Positions 1 to 13,510 of a stretch of 64,000 nucleotides of DNA are shown here, in pieces. The notes under the pieces are model-generated. The model saw nothing but the letters and a program-made list of their open reading frames with translations. It was not told the origin of the DNA and did not search any database. The stretch comes from Bispira polyomma (Eukaryota), in contig OZ287750.1 of the NCBI GenBank assembly GCA_965649765.1, positions 52,142,001 through 52,206,000 on the forward strand, in the 5' to 3' direction. Position numbers and translations under genes: made by a program. Position 1 is the first letter of the stretch; every line of letters starts with the position of its first letter.

Positions 1-2229
1 TATGTATGGTCAATATACGGGGTAGCTAGTTGACTGTGTGATAGTCTCATATCAAACCAAGTGTCCATAATCTTAAATTGTCATCAGGGCTTGCGAGGTC
101 TGCTATGGTGGCCATCTTGAACTGTACTTTAATTAGAGCTATTACTGAGCCATTGGAAATGTGTTAATAAAGATTCTAGGCTTATCTCTTGTAACAATCT
201 TATTCTGCTTAAACTTATATGGGTTTAACTGTATGTGTACTTCACCTGTCCGTAAGAAAACTGAGACTGAATAACTACACTATTTTTAGACCATAAGATA
301 TTCGACATAAGTATATTAATAAATTCAATATGAGATGTTTTTATAAATAAATTAATGACAATTTCCCTGCAAGTAAGACTGTGAAGTCTGACTCAACCGT
401 CTTTGTAATGAAACCGGCGTGTCAGAAAGTGTTGTAGGAAATTGGAGTCAATACTACAAAGGCAAACAAATAGGAAATACTTGGACCTAATCTGTACAAA
501 CCAAAAACTTAGGGAAACATGAGTGCGGCATATTAATAAAACTCCTAGTCATTTGAAGTGTAGGCCAAAGTAAAAATGTGTTAAGTGGTCCTTGTGGTAA
601 AATCACAGATCTTGTGTAATTTCCGTCTGTAACCGGATGATTTATTATCAAAGTGTACACGCCCTGTTTTTGCTGTATTTGTTTTGTGTTATGTGTGCAT
701 ACATATATTAGACATGATCTCATTAGTTATGTAACTGATATATTGTAACGAGCATCATGCACTAGACTTGCAGTAGGCGATTAAATTAGTTCTAAATGAA
801 AACAGAGAATGTTGAGGTAGACAGTTAATTAGGAAGTTTGGTTGTGTGGAGTGGTGGTGCTTCTATGTGGTTAGATTTTCTTGTATATTGTTAGTCAGAA
901 ACTTTTAAATGTGGAGCTTTAAATAAGCCAAGAATGTTCTTGCACTCTAAATACAGTAGTTGAATAAATAAAGATGAAACAAATATGAAGATACATTATT
1001 CATGCACTGTTAGGAATTATCTCGCAACTTGAGTTTTACCATTTTTTTTGGTATTGTGGATTTTTTTAATGCGCCTTATTGATGCAAGGCAAGAAATTAA
1101 AGTCTGACATCAGAATCGATAAAATATTATAATAACAAAGATCGTAATACATGGCCAATTGGTTGTCATCAGTAGACAATAGCGTGTTCACATCTTGCCC
1201 CAGGATGTTAATCCCCAATGACCATGATGTTGTTACCAGGAGTCAAACTGGGGAATTTCTGATCACCAGCCCAAGTCTCAGGAAACCACATTTTGTAAAC
1301 TTTAAACATTTAACAAGTTTAAGCTTGATATTGCATGCACTAACTTGAGCCCATGTATCCATGTAACAAACTGCCAATACCAATATGTGACAACTGTTAC
1401 AGATAAATGACCCCTGAGATCATGTATCACAATATTGTGATATCATCAAGGTACAAATTTAAGTATCGTAATTAAAGTTTGTGATATACTGAGGAAAGTG
1501 ATGGAATCGGCTATGGTCTGTCAACCATCTGCTACAGGGAATCACAAGTTTAGTGTGCATGCAGTCAATTGGGCCATTATCTGTGCTGTGGTAGTCTTTC
1601 TACACCCAGACAGTACACATAAGCCTGATTCTCAGAACTTCAGGATTAGTAGACTGCTATGGTGGCAGCAATTTGTTTCCACTTGAGTATTATCTGTGAT
1701 TAGATTAGATTGCCTACTTGGTATTTTAGACAGTTTAGCTGGTACCCAGTTTTCCCAATACAACAACTCACTGCTGGGATGTGAGAGTGATTTCTAGGGG
1801 CCAGATAATGCTGCTGTCCTCATTCTTCACAGAGACATGTTTACTAAACACATTTATAGACACCATAATTTATAGACACTATAGTGAGGAATGGATTTGT
1901 ATAAGTAGCCCAAAAACTGTGCAGTATCCAAACATACTCCTAGTATTACACAAAAAACACACCCTATATCCCATCAGCAAAAAATGTTACAGAAGTTTAG
2001 ACAAGTCTAAGTTTTAATAATTATATAACAAGCACAAGGAAAGTATGCCCAGTTTTTTTCCCCGAAAGGTTGTTTTGTAATTGTCCATTATTTAGGATAT
2101 AAGTTGGGAAATCACCAGAGCAAATCATTTTGTGTTTATTTTTTGGAGTAAAGGTATGAGAACAGTAGACAGTTGTGAAGTGTACATAACTAATTGGAGC
2201 TGATGGTAAGGTGTTTACTGTAACTTAAT

Positions 2230-2850
2230 AATCAGGCCCAGTAACAGACCAGTGAACCATATATTCAAACATACAGGCATCCATACAGTAAACCATACCC
2301 TCAACCATATAACCAACCCTACAGATAACCATATAACCAACCATAGACAATCATATACAGTGAAGCATACAGTTAAGCTTATAACCAACCATACAGACAA
2401 ATTGTCAAACAGTAAATTATACAGTAAAACATAAAGCCAATTAGCCAACTATACTGTAAAATTGACTGAACTATACAGTACACCATATAGCAGTAAGTCA
2501 GCCCTATTGCTAACCATACAGTCAGTCATATAGCCAGTTATATAACCAGCCAGTCAACCATATAGCAATTGTCAAAGATACAGCCAACCATAGTTAGTCA
2601 TATAGCCAATCAGTCAACCATAAAGCAATTGTCAAAGATACAGCCAGCCATACAGTTAGCCATATTGGTAACCATACAGTCAACTATACAGCCAAACATA
2701 CAGTAAACCATATACCAATAAGTCAACCACATACACTCAAGCATACAGTCAACCATACAGCCAAACATATAGCAAACCACATACAGTTAAGCATATGGCC
2801 AACCAGTCAATCATACAATCAACCATAGAATCAATTATATAGTCAACCAT
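2230..2850. repeat. Degenerate minisatellite (AACCATACAGT-like core)
   Basis: Many aaccatacag/aaccatatag units with variable spacing. Confidence 0.8.
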
Positions 2851-3267
2851 ATATAGAAATAGTACAGGAGTACTGTGTGTCATATACTATGAGTTACCTA
2901 TCCAGGTAGGACCAAGTTAGTATGGGATTGACCATCTTATAATATGGCCTATTGAGTAACACTTTCTAACCTGGGTTTGAACCTTAGCCTGAGATTCCCA
3001 GTTACCAAGACATACTACAGGACTTGCTTTTAATGACCACCTAAAATAATGATATAATCCCTCAATGGGTCAATTATTAACCCAAGTGACAGGCTAACAA
3101 AAGTTTGGGGATATTTATAAATGATTACATCCTTAAGCCTATGTCTGCAGTTAACGGGATTAACAGTTACTAGTGCTGGTTGGCTCTACTTGTACAGTCA
3201 AGTGAAGGTTAATTAGCACTTTGAGTCCCAGACTAAGGGAGATACTATGCTAAAATTAGATTAGACC

Positions 3268-3588
3268 AAGCCTATGTTCTCATGTAAGTGACTTCCGACA
3301 ACCGTTTTGCGATTGCGAAGTTTTCGGTCATTATAAATTTTCTTTATTTGTTCTCATGTGTGCTACTGCGAATTGCAACATTCTAATGTGCGGCGGGCAA
3401 ATTAATTTTTTTTGTGCTCATATAGCAAAAAAATTGTATTTGGATAGGTAAATCCCATTTTCTAGATTCCTAGGGCTATATATTTGGTAAATATAGCATT
3501 CTGGCATCATTATTATGAGACCAACAGCAAAAGCAATAGCAAATGGTACTTCTGATGTTGCAAGCCACTTGCATGAGAATGTAGGCTT
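3268..3588. mobile_element. MITE with about 23-bp TIRs (PIF/Harbinger-like)
   Basis: AAGCCTATGTTCTCATGTAAGTG ... CACTTGCATGAGAATGTAGGCTT. Confidence 0.65.
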
Positions 3589-4397
3589 AGGTTATGGGTT
3601 GATAATGCCTAGATGTTGAAAAACCTCGGGTGTCAAGAGCTACTTCCTTGTAAGATAAACCATGTCACCTATCTGACACCCCCTCCCCCTACTCCTATAC
3701 TGTCGTTTTCTCTTGACTTCCTGGATTGATAAGAACTTCCCTTCACTCAGGGGCAGTCTGGATATATGTTTTTTGGCCTCATCTCTATAAATAACATTTA
3801 TCACCACAAGTCCACTTAACCTGTATAGCACTGTATTGGTCTAAGTGGGGGGGGGGGGGGGGGTTGTAATATAAGAACAGCCAAGCTATTGAGGAAGGGC
3901 TGTGACCCCCCCCCAGTCTTGACAGAGTCAGGGTTGTGTGTGACAGATAACCTGTGCTTGACTACATCAAGTGGCACCTAACAGCATTTCAGTGTGGAGG
4001 TTCTACACCATGACACTTGTATTATATAATGATAATTTTTGTCTCATTTTTCATGAGTTACACCACAAAGTGTATAGTGACAGAAAGCTTATAATCTCTA
4101 AAACACTGGTCTATTCTTTTAAAAGTAGTTATGTACAAAAAGTCCATTTCTGAAACTTTAACAGTGTGTATATTCCAATGATTGAAAATGATATTATATG
4201 TTTGTAGATTGGTATAGGAGTTCTATTTTTATGCTGATATAGTTAGTTCAGAATAAATATTCCCACTATAGTAATGCCTCCATTAATTGTGATTTAAAGT
4301 AGTCTATAGGGAGTGCTTGTCTTCTACTTAAAGGGGTTTGATTGTATCTTTACTCTGTGTGTTTCCCCTAACAACCTCCATGTTTGGTGTATTATAG

Positions 4398-4460
4398 GGT
4401 ACCCCGGGCAAACCTGGATCTCCAGGGTTACCAGGAGCAAGAGGTCCACCCGGCAATGTG
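4398..4460 (+). CDS. Collagen exon 1 in window (63 nt) GTPGKPGSPGLPGARGPPGNV
   Basis: tatag| ... |gtaagt; 7 triplets. Confidence 0.95.
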
Positions 4461-5620
4461 GTAAGTTATAAACAAATCATTTAGCAGGTGATTTACTAAC
4501 CAATCTTAAAAAGTAACTAAATGCTATGCTAGAAATAGTTCTGTATTTATATTATTTTTGTTTTACGTGTACATAACTTTTGTTTTTGAATGTTAAAACT
4601 TTGAATTTTCATGTATTCTCAGTAGCTGATACTGTCACTATGACATTAAAGGCCCTGCAGTAATATGCAGTTTGAGCTTTACCCATACTATCTTTCCAAG
4701 GTCAGTGGATGTATTCTGAAAAAATTTCAAGCTGAAATTTTCTCAATATTAAATCTTACCTCGTTATATCTTTGGCTAAGGTGTAGTTAACTAAATCTGA
4801 TTGCGGGTTTGAATTCAGTACTGAAAGAGTGTCTAAAATCAAAAAGTCAAAAGCATTGGTCATTTCCCAATACAAGTACTTTGTTTTGAGTTGCGTCTGA
4901 GTTGGGATTTGAGTTTCCTTGGATATATCACCAGTCCTGATTTACCATACAACTAAGCTTGGTAGAACTATTAAGGTTATTGTGGTAAAGCAAGGGTAAC
5001 GGAATAGCAGTCCAAGAAATCCTGCAAGTTAGCCACAAACGATGTTGAAGGTGACTTTATCTTTGGTTGTTCTAATCAGTAACCTAATGTAGAGATATTT
5101 GTTGTCCATTGGAATTCAGGTGAGATCTCTAAGCAACTTAATCCTGCGACCTTTAAGGTCATCCTGTCACTTGAGGTAGAGGTAATCTGAATGTTACCAA
5201 GGGTTTTTACATACTGTATTAAATACACACAAGTTTCAACAAATTCTCAAACATAAACTCAGTTCAACCGCACACTCAGCACTAATCTAAATTTGCTATA
5301 ACTCTGGTTTATGTAAACATATTTAAAAACTGACTGCATATTTGAATTCAGTGGTAAAAGCTCTATTAAAATGAATGGTCAAAAGTATAGGTAATTTCCA
5401 TGTACGAGGATTTCCACATTGCCTGTATTTGAGTTGAGTATGAGTTTGAGCATAAGCTTATTTTGAGAAGACCACCCGGAATCTTTACTCTTAATATATA
5501 ACAGATAGGACTAATGTAGTTTAACAAAGGGTATTAAACGTTTCAACCCCAAGGAAAAACTATTGCCAGGAACTGAAGTAAATTTTTGTATAATAGGTTA
5601 CAGATAATTGGAGTCATTAA

Positions 5621-6163
5621 GGTTGTTCGCTACCATTTTTTTTAAACCATAGATTTTCAAAAAAAACTTTTTATGAAAAGCTTAATTAATGGGTTGAACA
5701 AAAATATCAAAAAAACTATGTCACACCAGCTGTTTTTGCACCTACAGAGCTTTGAATACGGTATGTATTTCCATTTATTTGCCTATTGTTTTCAATAAAA
5801 AAGCCTATTTTGGGAAGAAAAATTCCATAAAAAGGTACTTTAAAAAAATTTCAACCTACAGAATTTAATTTTGTCTCCCCAGTTATGGTAAATTACAAAC
5901 TAACTAAATATGAGAAAAAAACAAGGGGTCACTGCGCATTTTTTTTTAATCTCAGTTTGTTTAGAATTTTTTAGTGCCCAAAACTTTATGTTTCTATTGA
6001 AATAATAGGAAACATCTCCAATTTTTCCAAAGATAAACATAATATTTATAGCAGAGTAGCTTATAAAAAGGCAATGTGTTTGACGCATCATTCCCAATAG
6101 ACAATTTAACAAAGCACATTTTTTGAACTTTTCATGAAAATATATTGAAATTTGCAAACAACC
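5621..6163. mobile_element. Non-autonomous DNA transposon with TTAA TSD (Kolobok-like)
   Basis: TTAA|GGTTGTTCGC ... GCAAACAACC|TTAA; internal part recurs inverted at about 11983-12270. Confidence 0.7.
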
Positions 6164-6302
6164 TTAAATCACACAGCACAGACAACTCAAGTCTGCCATG
6201 CAATAACGGCCTCATGTATAATGTTTTAAATAGGGAATTTTGCTGTAGTTACAACATCCTACTGCGAGGAACTGAAGGAAAATAAAACAATAGTATAGGG
6301 GT

Positions 6303-6462
6303 GTTGACTGCTTGCTTGACAGACATATATGTTCTGGGAGTTACAACTCCTGTTGACTGCTTGCTGACATATATGTTCTGGGAGTTACAACTCCTGTTGA
6401 CTGCTTGCCGACAGACATATATGTTCTGGGAGTTACAACTCCTGTTGACTGCTTGCCAACAG
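6303..6462. repeat. Tandem repeat, about 43-49 bp x 3+
   Basis: gttgactgcttgc..gacatatatgttctgggagttacaactcct units. Confidence 0.85.
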
Positions 6463-7024
6463 TTACATAAGGGGTTAGAAAGGTTAAAAGTAGAGTAAAG
6501 ATGTGTAGATTGAGGGATAACTTTTCCTCTGTTGTTTCAGATCAAGGCATTGTAAAATTGTCACTCTTGTATAAAGAATACAGGGGTAGGGGGCCCAGGG
6601 TGCTTTGAGCTGGGAAAAGTCTATAAGTTTTAAGGATAGTGTATTCTGAAAGACATGTAACCAGGGTCATTGAGGACAAAACACAGCAGTGAGACCTGTT
6701 GAAGCAGTAAATCCTTTGCTGGCTCTCCATTGTTTGTACCGAGTGACCTCCACAGAGGGTGAGAACTTCACAGTAGGGACATACTGCAACTTGTATTACT
6801 GGAAGACTGATAATATAGTACCATTGGGTAGGGATTTCACAATGGGAGTTTCTTTATGTGAATAAAATGTATCAAGGTTGAAGTAGGTCACATCAAATAT
6901 TTAAAAAAAAACATTTTAAGTATTTATTTATCTTGAGTTTACATCAATAATGATTTTTTCTTGGTGTTTATAAATTTGTCAGTAGGATTTGTCAGTTCTT
7001 ATGTTGAGCTTTTTGATATTTCAG

Positions 7025-7075
7025 GTTGATGGTATAGCTGGACCCCCAGGGTTGCCAGGTCAACAAGGGAAAAAG
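7025..7075 (+). CDS. Collagen exon 2 (51 nt) VDGIAGPPGLPGQQGKK, GC donor
   Basis: tttcag| ... AAG|gcaagt; phase 0, in frame with both neighbours. Confidence 0.88.
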
Positions 7076-7684
7076 GCAAGTTAACACGTATATAGAGAAA
7101 ATATATAGTGTAGTATATGGTATTATGCATACTTAAAAAATGTCTGCAATAATCATTTTAGCCTAAATAATTGATTCCATACATCATCATACACATTGGT
7201 TAATTTCCGGGCAGTCTGGTATATTCTAGCCATGTGGTTGTTAGTAAGAGCAAGTATGTATTAAGTTTTAAGAGCGAGTATTGCATATACTAATATACCT
7301 TAGATATCAACAGATTTTGTAAACAATTAAATATGTAATAGTTGTTTAAGGAGTTAGTCTTGTTTTCTAACATTAATTATTGGTTATGTGATCAATTCCA
7401 TCACTCAGCCAATTAGTAGACATCTGTTGTAATTTACACAGACAAAAGCAAAGACATTTATCAAAGCATAACCTTTCCCAGCAAAGAGTTCTGTATACTG
7501 AGTACTGAGTAGTACTGAATCCTTATACATGGCAATGTGTTCAATATTTATGTAGGGCATTTTATTATGTAGGAGACTGAAAGTCTGTTCATATGATCAA
7601 ATATTTGGTTCATATATGGGTTGGATGACTTTTTTCACCTGTGAACATCTTTTACTCCTAATACATAGCTATATATATCTGCAG

Positions 7685-7855
7685 GGTGTCACTGGGGCCC
7701 AAGGCTTGCCCGGTACCCCAGGGACTCGTGGTGTGGCAGGAAGTAAGGGTGAGAAGGGGGATGATGGAGAGAAAGGATCTCGTGGCTTTAAAGGAGACAG
7801 AGGCAGTTCTGGGCAACCAGGCAATGATGGGACAATTGGCCCTGCAGGACCACCG
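7685..7855 (+). CDS. Collagen exon 3 (171 nt) GVTGAQ...GPAGPP
   Basis: ctgcag| ... |gtaagt; 19 perfect triplets. Confidence 0.96.
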
Positions 7856-8003
7856 GTAAGTAACAATTGATGGTTTTATTAGACAACGGTAGGTACCACT
7901 GAATGGCAGCCATGCAACAAAGAAAGGATGAGACAACTAATGATCATAGGGCAAGCGGGCCAAGATGGGCCATTCAGCCTGCAGAACCACTGGTATATAG
8001 CAG

Positions 8004-8110
8004 GGCCCGTATTCACAAAGGGACTTAGCCCAGTCTTAAGCTTAAATCTAGCACAAAAGTATACTGATTTAAGCCTAACATTTGGCTAAGTCTCTTCATG
8101 AATACGGGCC
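8004..8110. mobile_element. 107-bp MITE, perfect 12-bp TIR, CAG TSD (Harbinger-like)
   Basis: CAG|GGCCCGTATTCA ... TGAATACGGGCC|CAG. Confidence 0.8.
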
Positions 8111-8534
8111 CAGGTGATATCGTGTTATTGAACTACAGTCGGTATTAATGATAATCTTACAATCTGATAGATATATATATGTGTGTGTGATATTTTTGAT
8201 TTAATTGTATTACCTGACTATAGTAGGATATATCACATGTGTCTTTTATGCATGATGTCTGTAATATCAGCCCAGGACATCTAAAATTAGTTTGTAACAC
8301 CTCACATCTATATGGTATACATTGCATCATCAAATCTGTGTGTGCTTACTGTCACAATAGTGTGTGATAACACACTCAACTTTCACCTCTGCATTTGTGG
8401 CTTTTAATCCCAGACTCGGCGTGTATATGTGGGGGAAAGTTGGCAGGATACTTTCTGAAAGGTGATAAGGTTTTTTCAAAGTAGAAAGAACAGTGACTGT
8501 CAACCCGGCTCTGATATCCTCCACCAATGAACTG

Positions 8535-8794
8535 GGGGCTGCTGTGGCCTAGTGGTTAGCAAGCATTGCACTTCACAATCACTGGTCTCTCACCTCTGGA
8601 ATCAGCTGGCTTGAGTTGACTCCCATCGAAGCCTATTTGGGAAAGGTGGTAGTTCCTTACTGTGGGCCACTGGTTTCAGTACAGAACCTTGATCAACTGT
8701 ATGCAATGTTTCCTCCAGCGTTTACAACTACCCGTCCCAATATAACCTAAACAGGTACTAGAGTGGACGTCAAATATCCCAATTCAAATTCAAA
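8535..8794 (+). mobile_element. tRNA-derived SINE family A, nested in an older SINE (about 8380-8870)
   Basis: A-box TGGCCTAGTGG, (AAATTC)n tail, 15-bp TSD TCCACCAATGAACTG (8520-8534 / 8795-8809); homologous to the 30472 and 35977 copies. Confidence 0.9.
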
Positions 8795-8965
8795 TCCACC
8801 AATGAACTGCCTGCATGATGTGACACAACCATTGATGCTTGAAGCGATGTTAAACCTAAACTAAACAGAAGTAAGCTGGTAATATGACATATTATAGTCT
8901 GATATGTGTGTGTTTATGTGTGATATGTGTGAAGTGTTACATTCCCCTGTATTTGTGTATTTCAG

Positions 8966-9007
8966 GGACCACCTGGCAGTGGAGTTTCTCCTGATGGGGT
9001 CGTGTCT
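8966..9007 (+). CDS. Collagen exon 4 (42 nt) GPPGSGVSPDGVVS (helix interruption)
   Basis: tttcag| ... |gtaagt; phase 0. Confidence 0.9.
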
Positions 9008-9149
9008 GTAAGTAGGTCATATCTTGTGTAATATATCCTATTGTGATGTGTTGTAAATTACCGGGTATACACAGAGAATAGTGGACATCAGCAACATAAA
9101 TTATGATATGATGACGTAAAGTTTGTAGTTAAAATAAATAACTTTACTG

Positions 9150-9315
9150 TATTTATCACCTACACAAGGAGGTTATGTGTTTGCCCAGTTACATCTGTTT
9201 TATTCTTACCAGGATTATACAAAAAACTGCTAAACTGATTACAAGAAACTTGGTAAGAGAAATGGGCTTTGGGCCAAGGTGAATGTGTTCAACTTTGTAG
9301 CGGATCTAGGTAAAC
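9150..9315 (+). mobile_element. Fragment of a Helentron-associated (HINE/DINE-like) element
   Basis: caaggaggttatgtgttt ... ggattatacaaaaaact ... gaaacttggt ... gcggatc motif order recognised from memory. Confidence 0.4.
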
Positions 9316-9503
9316 ATATCATAGGATACAACCACTGGTTTCAGAAATCATCTCAAAACTTACCCTCTCAGAATGGCCTACCCCCTACTTAGTCACCCTT
9401 CCCTCCATTTTGGATATCAGCATCTTAGAGGATGTTCTCATCAATTTGGCGCTCTACAAATGCTTTAATTATTAATATAGTTATTATTGTTCTGTGTTTC
9501 AAG

Positions 9504-9563
9504 GAAGTGGGTCCCCCTGGCCTTCCAGGAGCAGCTGGCCTGCCAGGGTTACAAGGATCTAAG
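9504..9563 (+). CDS. Collagen exon 5 (60 nt) EVGPPGLPGAAGLPGLQGSK
   Basis: tttcaag| ... |gtgagt. Confidence 0.9.
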
Positions 9564-11487
9564 GTGAGTACAGTGTCCTTATATCTACTGTATGTATCCA
9601 AAGAAATGCCCTGGAACGACATAGTTTTGTCACTATTTGAGACTTGAGCTGAGTCTGTGGTTGAGAGCAAATGTAATGTTACATCTCCTACTATATCTAA
9701 AGCAAACCCATGCTAAGTAATGGGTTTCATCGTGCATGTTTCTTTTTTTATTAACAATAAAATCGTCTATATTTTGTGATTATTATATTGAATACATATT
9801 TTCAAAGTATATTCACTGTTTTCTCTGGAAGTTGTCATTTTGTAGAGTTCATAATGGCTGATCGGAATATTATAGTATATTAATCCAATTATGATATTGA
9901 TAACAACTTCGGGAGCATTTATTAGGTGAGGGTATTTATTGGTATGATTCAGTCTGGAACCACCGACTCGAATGCCATAGCTGCTGTTACAGGATACAAT
10001 TGGTTTATAGATGCAGTTATTCTTTTATAGCTGTTGTTACAGCTCATTTGTTTGGTCAATGAACCCATAAATGCCCCCATTTGGTGTTGACCTATAGGAC
10101 TTACAACTGGTCCATAGACGCAGTAATTCTTTTATAGCAGTTGTTACAGCTCATTTTTTTGGTCAGTGAACCCACAAATCCCCTAAACAGGTATTGATCT
10201 ATAGGATATATAATTGGTCAATGGACATATATTTTGTCTAAGCCAAGTCATTAGAGGATGATGTTAAACCCAAAATTTATGTACACATCTGAGCCCAATT
10301 AGTCCCTATGGTTGAGCTTATACCATTTTGGAGATACCATACAAATAATAATACTGCAATCTCTCTGGAAACAGCCCATCCGTACTTTGTGCAAATACCA
10401 ATGAAAAACCATATTCTCATAACAGCCATCCACTTCTTGTTTGTAAGTCTTGCAGTATTTAAATTTATTTTGGTTTTTGTTCAGAGTTTTAAGGGTAATC
10501 CCACATAAAAATCACCATTTTATTATTAATATTGTGCATTTGTAATGAGTTTTATTGATGCAGGCAGCTTCTAAAAAAGAAAAGGGCAAAGGAGTGTTAA
10601 AGTATAAATGAAAACTGGCTGGCTTTTATCGACTGGGGCCGTTTATAAACACTTTTTAAGGGAGAGATTTGAACTAGTACATTGGAATGTGATGTTTCAA
10701 GGAATTCTAGAGCTTTTTTTTCATGTGGTGTGTGCTGTTCACTGACATATTCAGGGTCTCTGCCCATCCATATTTCCCCCCAACGATTGCCGACCATATT
10801 CTTCCATGGTGTGTGGAGATTTAAGTGGGCCGTGCGTACAGACATGTGAACCTTTGATTACACAGACTGTAGTGCAGTACGGCAGTCGGCTGACCAGTAA
10901 TTTAAAGCTTGTCAGAACTGATAGATTTCCGTGTTGGATCTGCCGGATTCTGTGGATCTGACAGCTTTATAGAAATCCAGAAGGCTTGTGAGTTTATAAC
11001 AGAGAAGGATTTTAAAGGAGAATCGGTGTGGAGCTGGGATTGGCTGGGGCTGGGTAAACACTATTAATTGGTGTAGTACAAGTCCATATGGTTTGATTTG
11101 GCACAGCCACATGAAAGGGGGAAGAAAATATGTATGGGTGTTAGTGTATGGCCAGCTGTGTGGTCAAATGTCTGGCTGTGTGTGTCAGTGTATTGGTGTT
11201 TTCTGTAGTAATACTGGTACCGAGTTATGGGTTCAACACTCAGGTTTTAGTGATGCTATGTGTACACCATGTATGGGTGTTGGACTGTGTTGCTTTTAGG
11301 CTAAAAGTCTACAATTGCTCGATAAAATTAATGGCATGCTACTCTGTGAGTGTCACATTGAGACAAAAGAATAATGGTGACACCAAGCATGGTGATAGGT
11401 TTGGTCACGTCCCTGACATGTCAATCATTAGGGTAAATGTCCAGTGTCTTTTGAAAAAAGATGTGTAATTGTCTACTCAGATATCAG

Positions 11488-11706
11488 GGACCATATTCTC
11501 TAAACAGTCAAGCTCAAATCTATTAGGTACACATATTTATCTTTGGCTACCAGAGTAAAAGTAGGTCAAATCTGACTACACACTTGAAATCCAGTGCTGA
11601 AAGCTTTTTTGAAATGATTGTTAACAAGTGTAACGTATTTACATGAACATTGAATAACAAGCCTAGCCTCATTCAAGTTTTAAATCTTTTTTTGAGATTA
11701 TGGCCC
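11488..11706. mobile_element. MITE with CAG TSD related to 8004-8110
   Basis: CAG|GGACCATATTCTC ... GAGATTATGGCCC|CAG (11/13 TIR match). Confidence 0.6.
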
Positions 11707-11841
11707 CAGCTCTCTTCCTAGGTTTTACTAGGTCACTGTAATTACATAATAAGTCTTAGATAACAGCCTTCACTATATTGTCACGGTTCATTTGCTATAA
11801 TGTATAGTGACAGTGTCTTATTTCTGTTCTATTTGTTTTAG

Positions 11842-11895
11842 GGTGAGAAGGGAGACAGTGGGCAAAGAGGAGTCCGGGGAATCCAGGGGGCCAAA
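11842..11895 (+). CDS. Collagen exon 6 (54 nt) GEKGDSGQRGVRGIQGAK
   Basis: ttttag| ... |gtaagt; classic 54-nt collagen exon. Confidence 0.95.
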
Positions 11896-11983
11896 GTAAG
11901 TGTGACATCATTGTATAGAGGGCCAAACTAAGTGTGACATCATTGTACAGAGGGCCAAACTAAGTGTGACATCATTGTATACT
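11888..11983 (+). repeat. 32-bp tandem repeat x3 spanning the exon 6 donor
   Basis: gggccaaa(g/c)taagtgtgacatcattgta units starting at 11888, 11920, 11952. Confidence 0.9.
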
Positions 11984-12270
11984 GGGCACTAAAGTAATTT
12001 TTTCAAATTTAGTTACAGTTTGTAATTTACCACAACTGGGGAAAAAAATTAAATTCTGTAGGTTGAAATTTTTTTAAACTGCCTTTTTATGGATTTTTTT
12101 CTTCTCAAAACAGGCTTTTCCATTGAAAACACTAGCCAAATAAATGGAAATTCATACCATATTCAAAGCTCTGTTGGTTTCAAAAGAGCCTGGTGTGACA
12201 TAGTTTTCTTTTATATTTTTGTTCAACACATTAATTAAGCTTTTCAGAATTTTTTTTTTAAAATCTATTG
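11983..12270 (-). mobile_element. Partial inverted copy of the 5621-6163 element
   Basis: Reverse complement aligns by eye to about 5650-5980. Confidence 0.8.
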
Positions 12271-13259
12271 ATATATAATGTAAACACCATAACTACATAA
12301 ATTCATGCTTTTCTTTACTGGGGGACCTAACTCTGCTCTCGTACAAAAACCTGTGTTTAAAGTTGTTTAAGGCTGATGTCAACACTTTGACTAGGTTTTT
12401 TAAGTGGCTAATAACTCATTATTGGTTATTAGTGGATCACAAATGATAGTTAACTGTTCCAGGTGTTCTTTCATTGAAGCTTTCCCTGTTAAAAAAATTT
12501 TGCTTACATCATAGTAAAGAATTGTATGGAATAATGGGTGTATGGTAAAATGTGTTACTAATTCTCCACCATTTCTCAGAAAGCTGTTGAGTTATTACCA
12601 CTATTAGCTCATGGCTCAGGAACGGAATGTTTTATCTTCAGATTTGGGTTCTGCTTTCGGGTTTTTTTCTGTGAGAATAAAATAAGCATAGGATGTAATG
12701 GATGAGCCAGTCAATTTTAACAGTGGTGATTTTCACCCAGGTGATGGGTGGAGCTACTACCATTGATTGACAGCCACACAAATCCAATCACTCATTCCCT
12801 CCCTTTCACCGAGTTCTAAGTGAGGAAAAGCTTTTAAAAAAATTCCCTTAGAAAAATAATTGCATTGTAAAATGGCAGCAGGGATGGTTCTTAACACTTA
12901 GAACAAATGCTAAAAGTAAGTAAAGTTAGTGATGGTGTGTTTTTATTGGCGCTCAAGTCAAAACTATGCTGTAACTATTTGCTGGAAAAGCAATTCAGCT
13001 ATAAACATACACATAGATAAACCTTACATTATAAAACAGTGGTTTGTGATAGGGGGTAAGTGATATACTGAACAAATGGACCTGTTGTCAAATATACCAT
13101 ATAACTTGATTCAGTAAAGAGCTGAGTACATGTGACGGGCTTGTCAGGGATGCATACATATGTAGTGCTTCCAATATGGTCAGATAATAGGGGTTCTACT
13201 GTATTATAACAATTATCATTTCATGTAACGCAGATATGAACATCACTGTACTGTAATCT

Positions 13260-13510
13260 AATGCACTTTGAGATTATTACCAGCTCCCGCACAAAGCATA
13301 CTTATTAAGCCATGCTGCCACATACAGAGCATACAGACTGACACCCATTACTAGCTAGGTACCCATTAATACACCTGGGTAGACAGAGATAACTTTGTGT
13401 AAAGTACCTTGTCCAAGGGTATAATTAATCACCAGACCATCAGTGAGAATCGAACCAGGATCCTCAGATCTTTCAGATCCAAGGTCCGACACTCTAATTG
13501 TTAGGCCAGA
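13260..13510 (-). mobile_element. tRNA-derived CORE-type SINE
   Basis: Minus strand shows B-box GGTTCGATTCT, CCCTTGGACAAGGTACTTTAC and ACCCAGGTGTATTAATGGGTACC. Confidence 0.65.

Noticed and set aside
1-4397. Further collagen exons or a promoter at the window start
   Set aside because: No Gly-X-Y segment with splice sites seen; treated as intron of the 5'-truncated gene. A short non-collagenous exon could have been missed.
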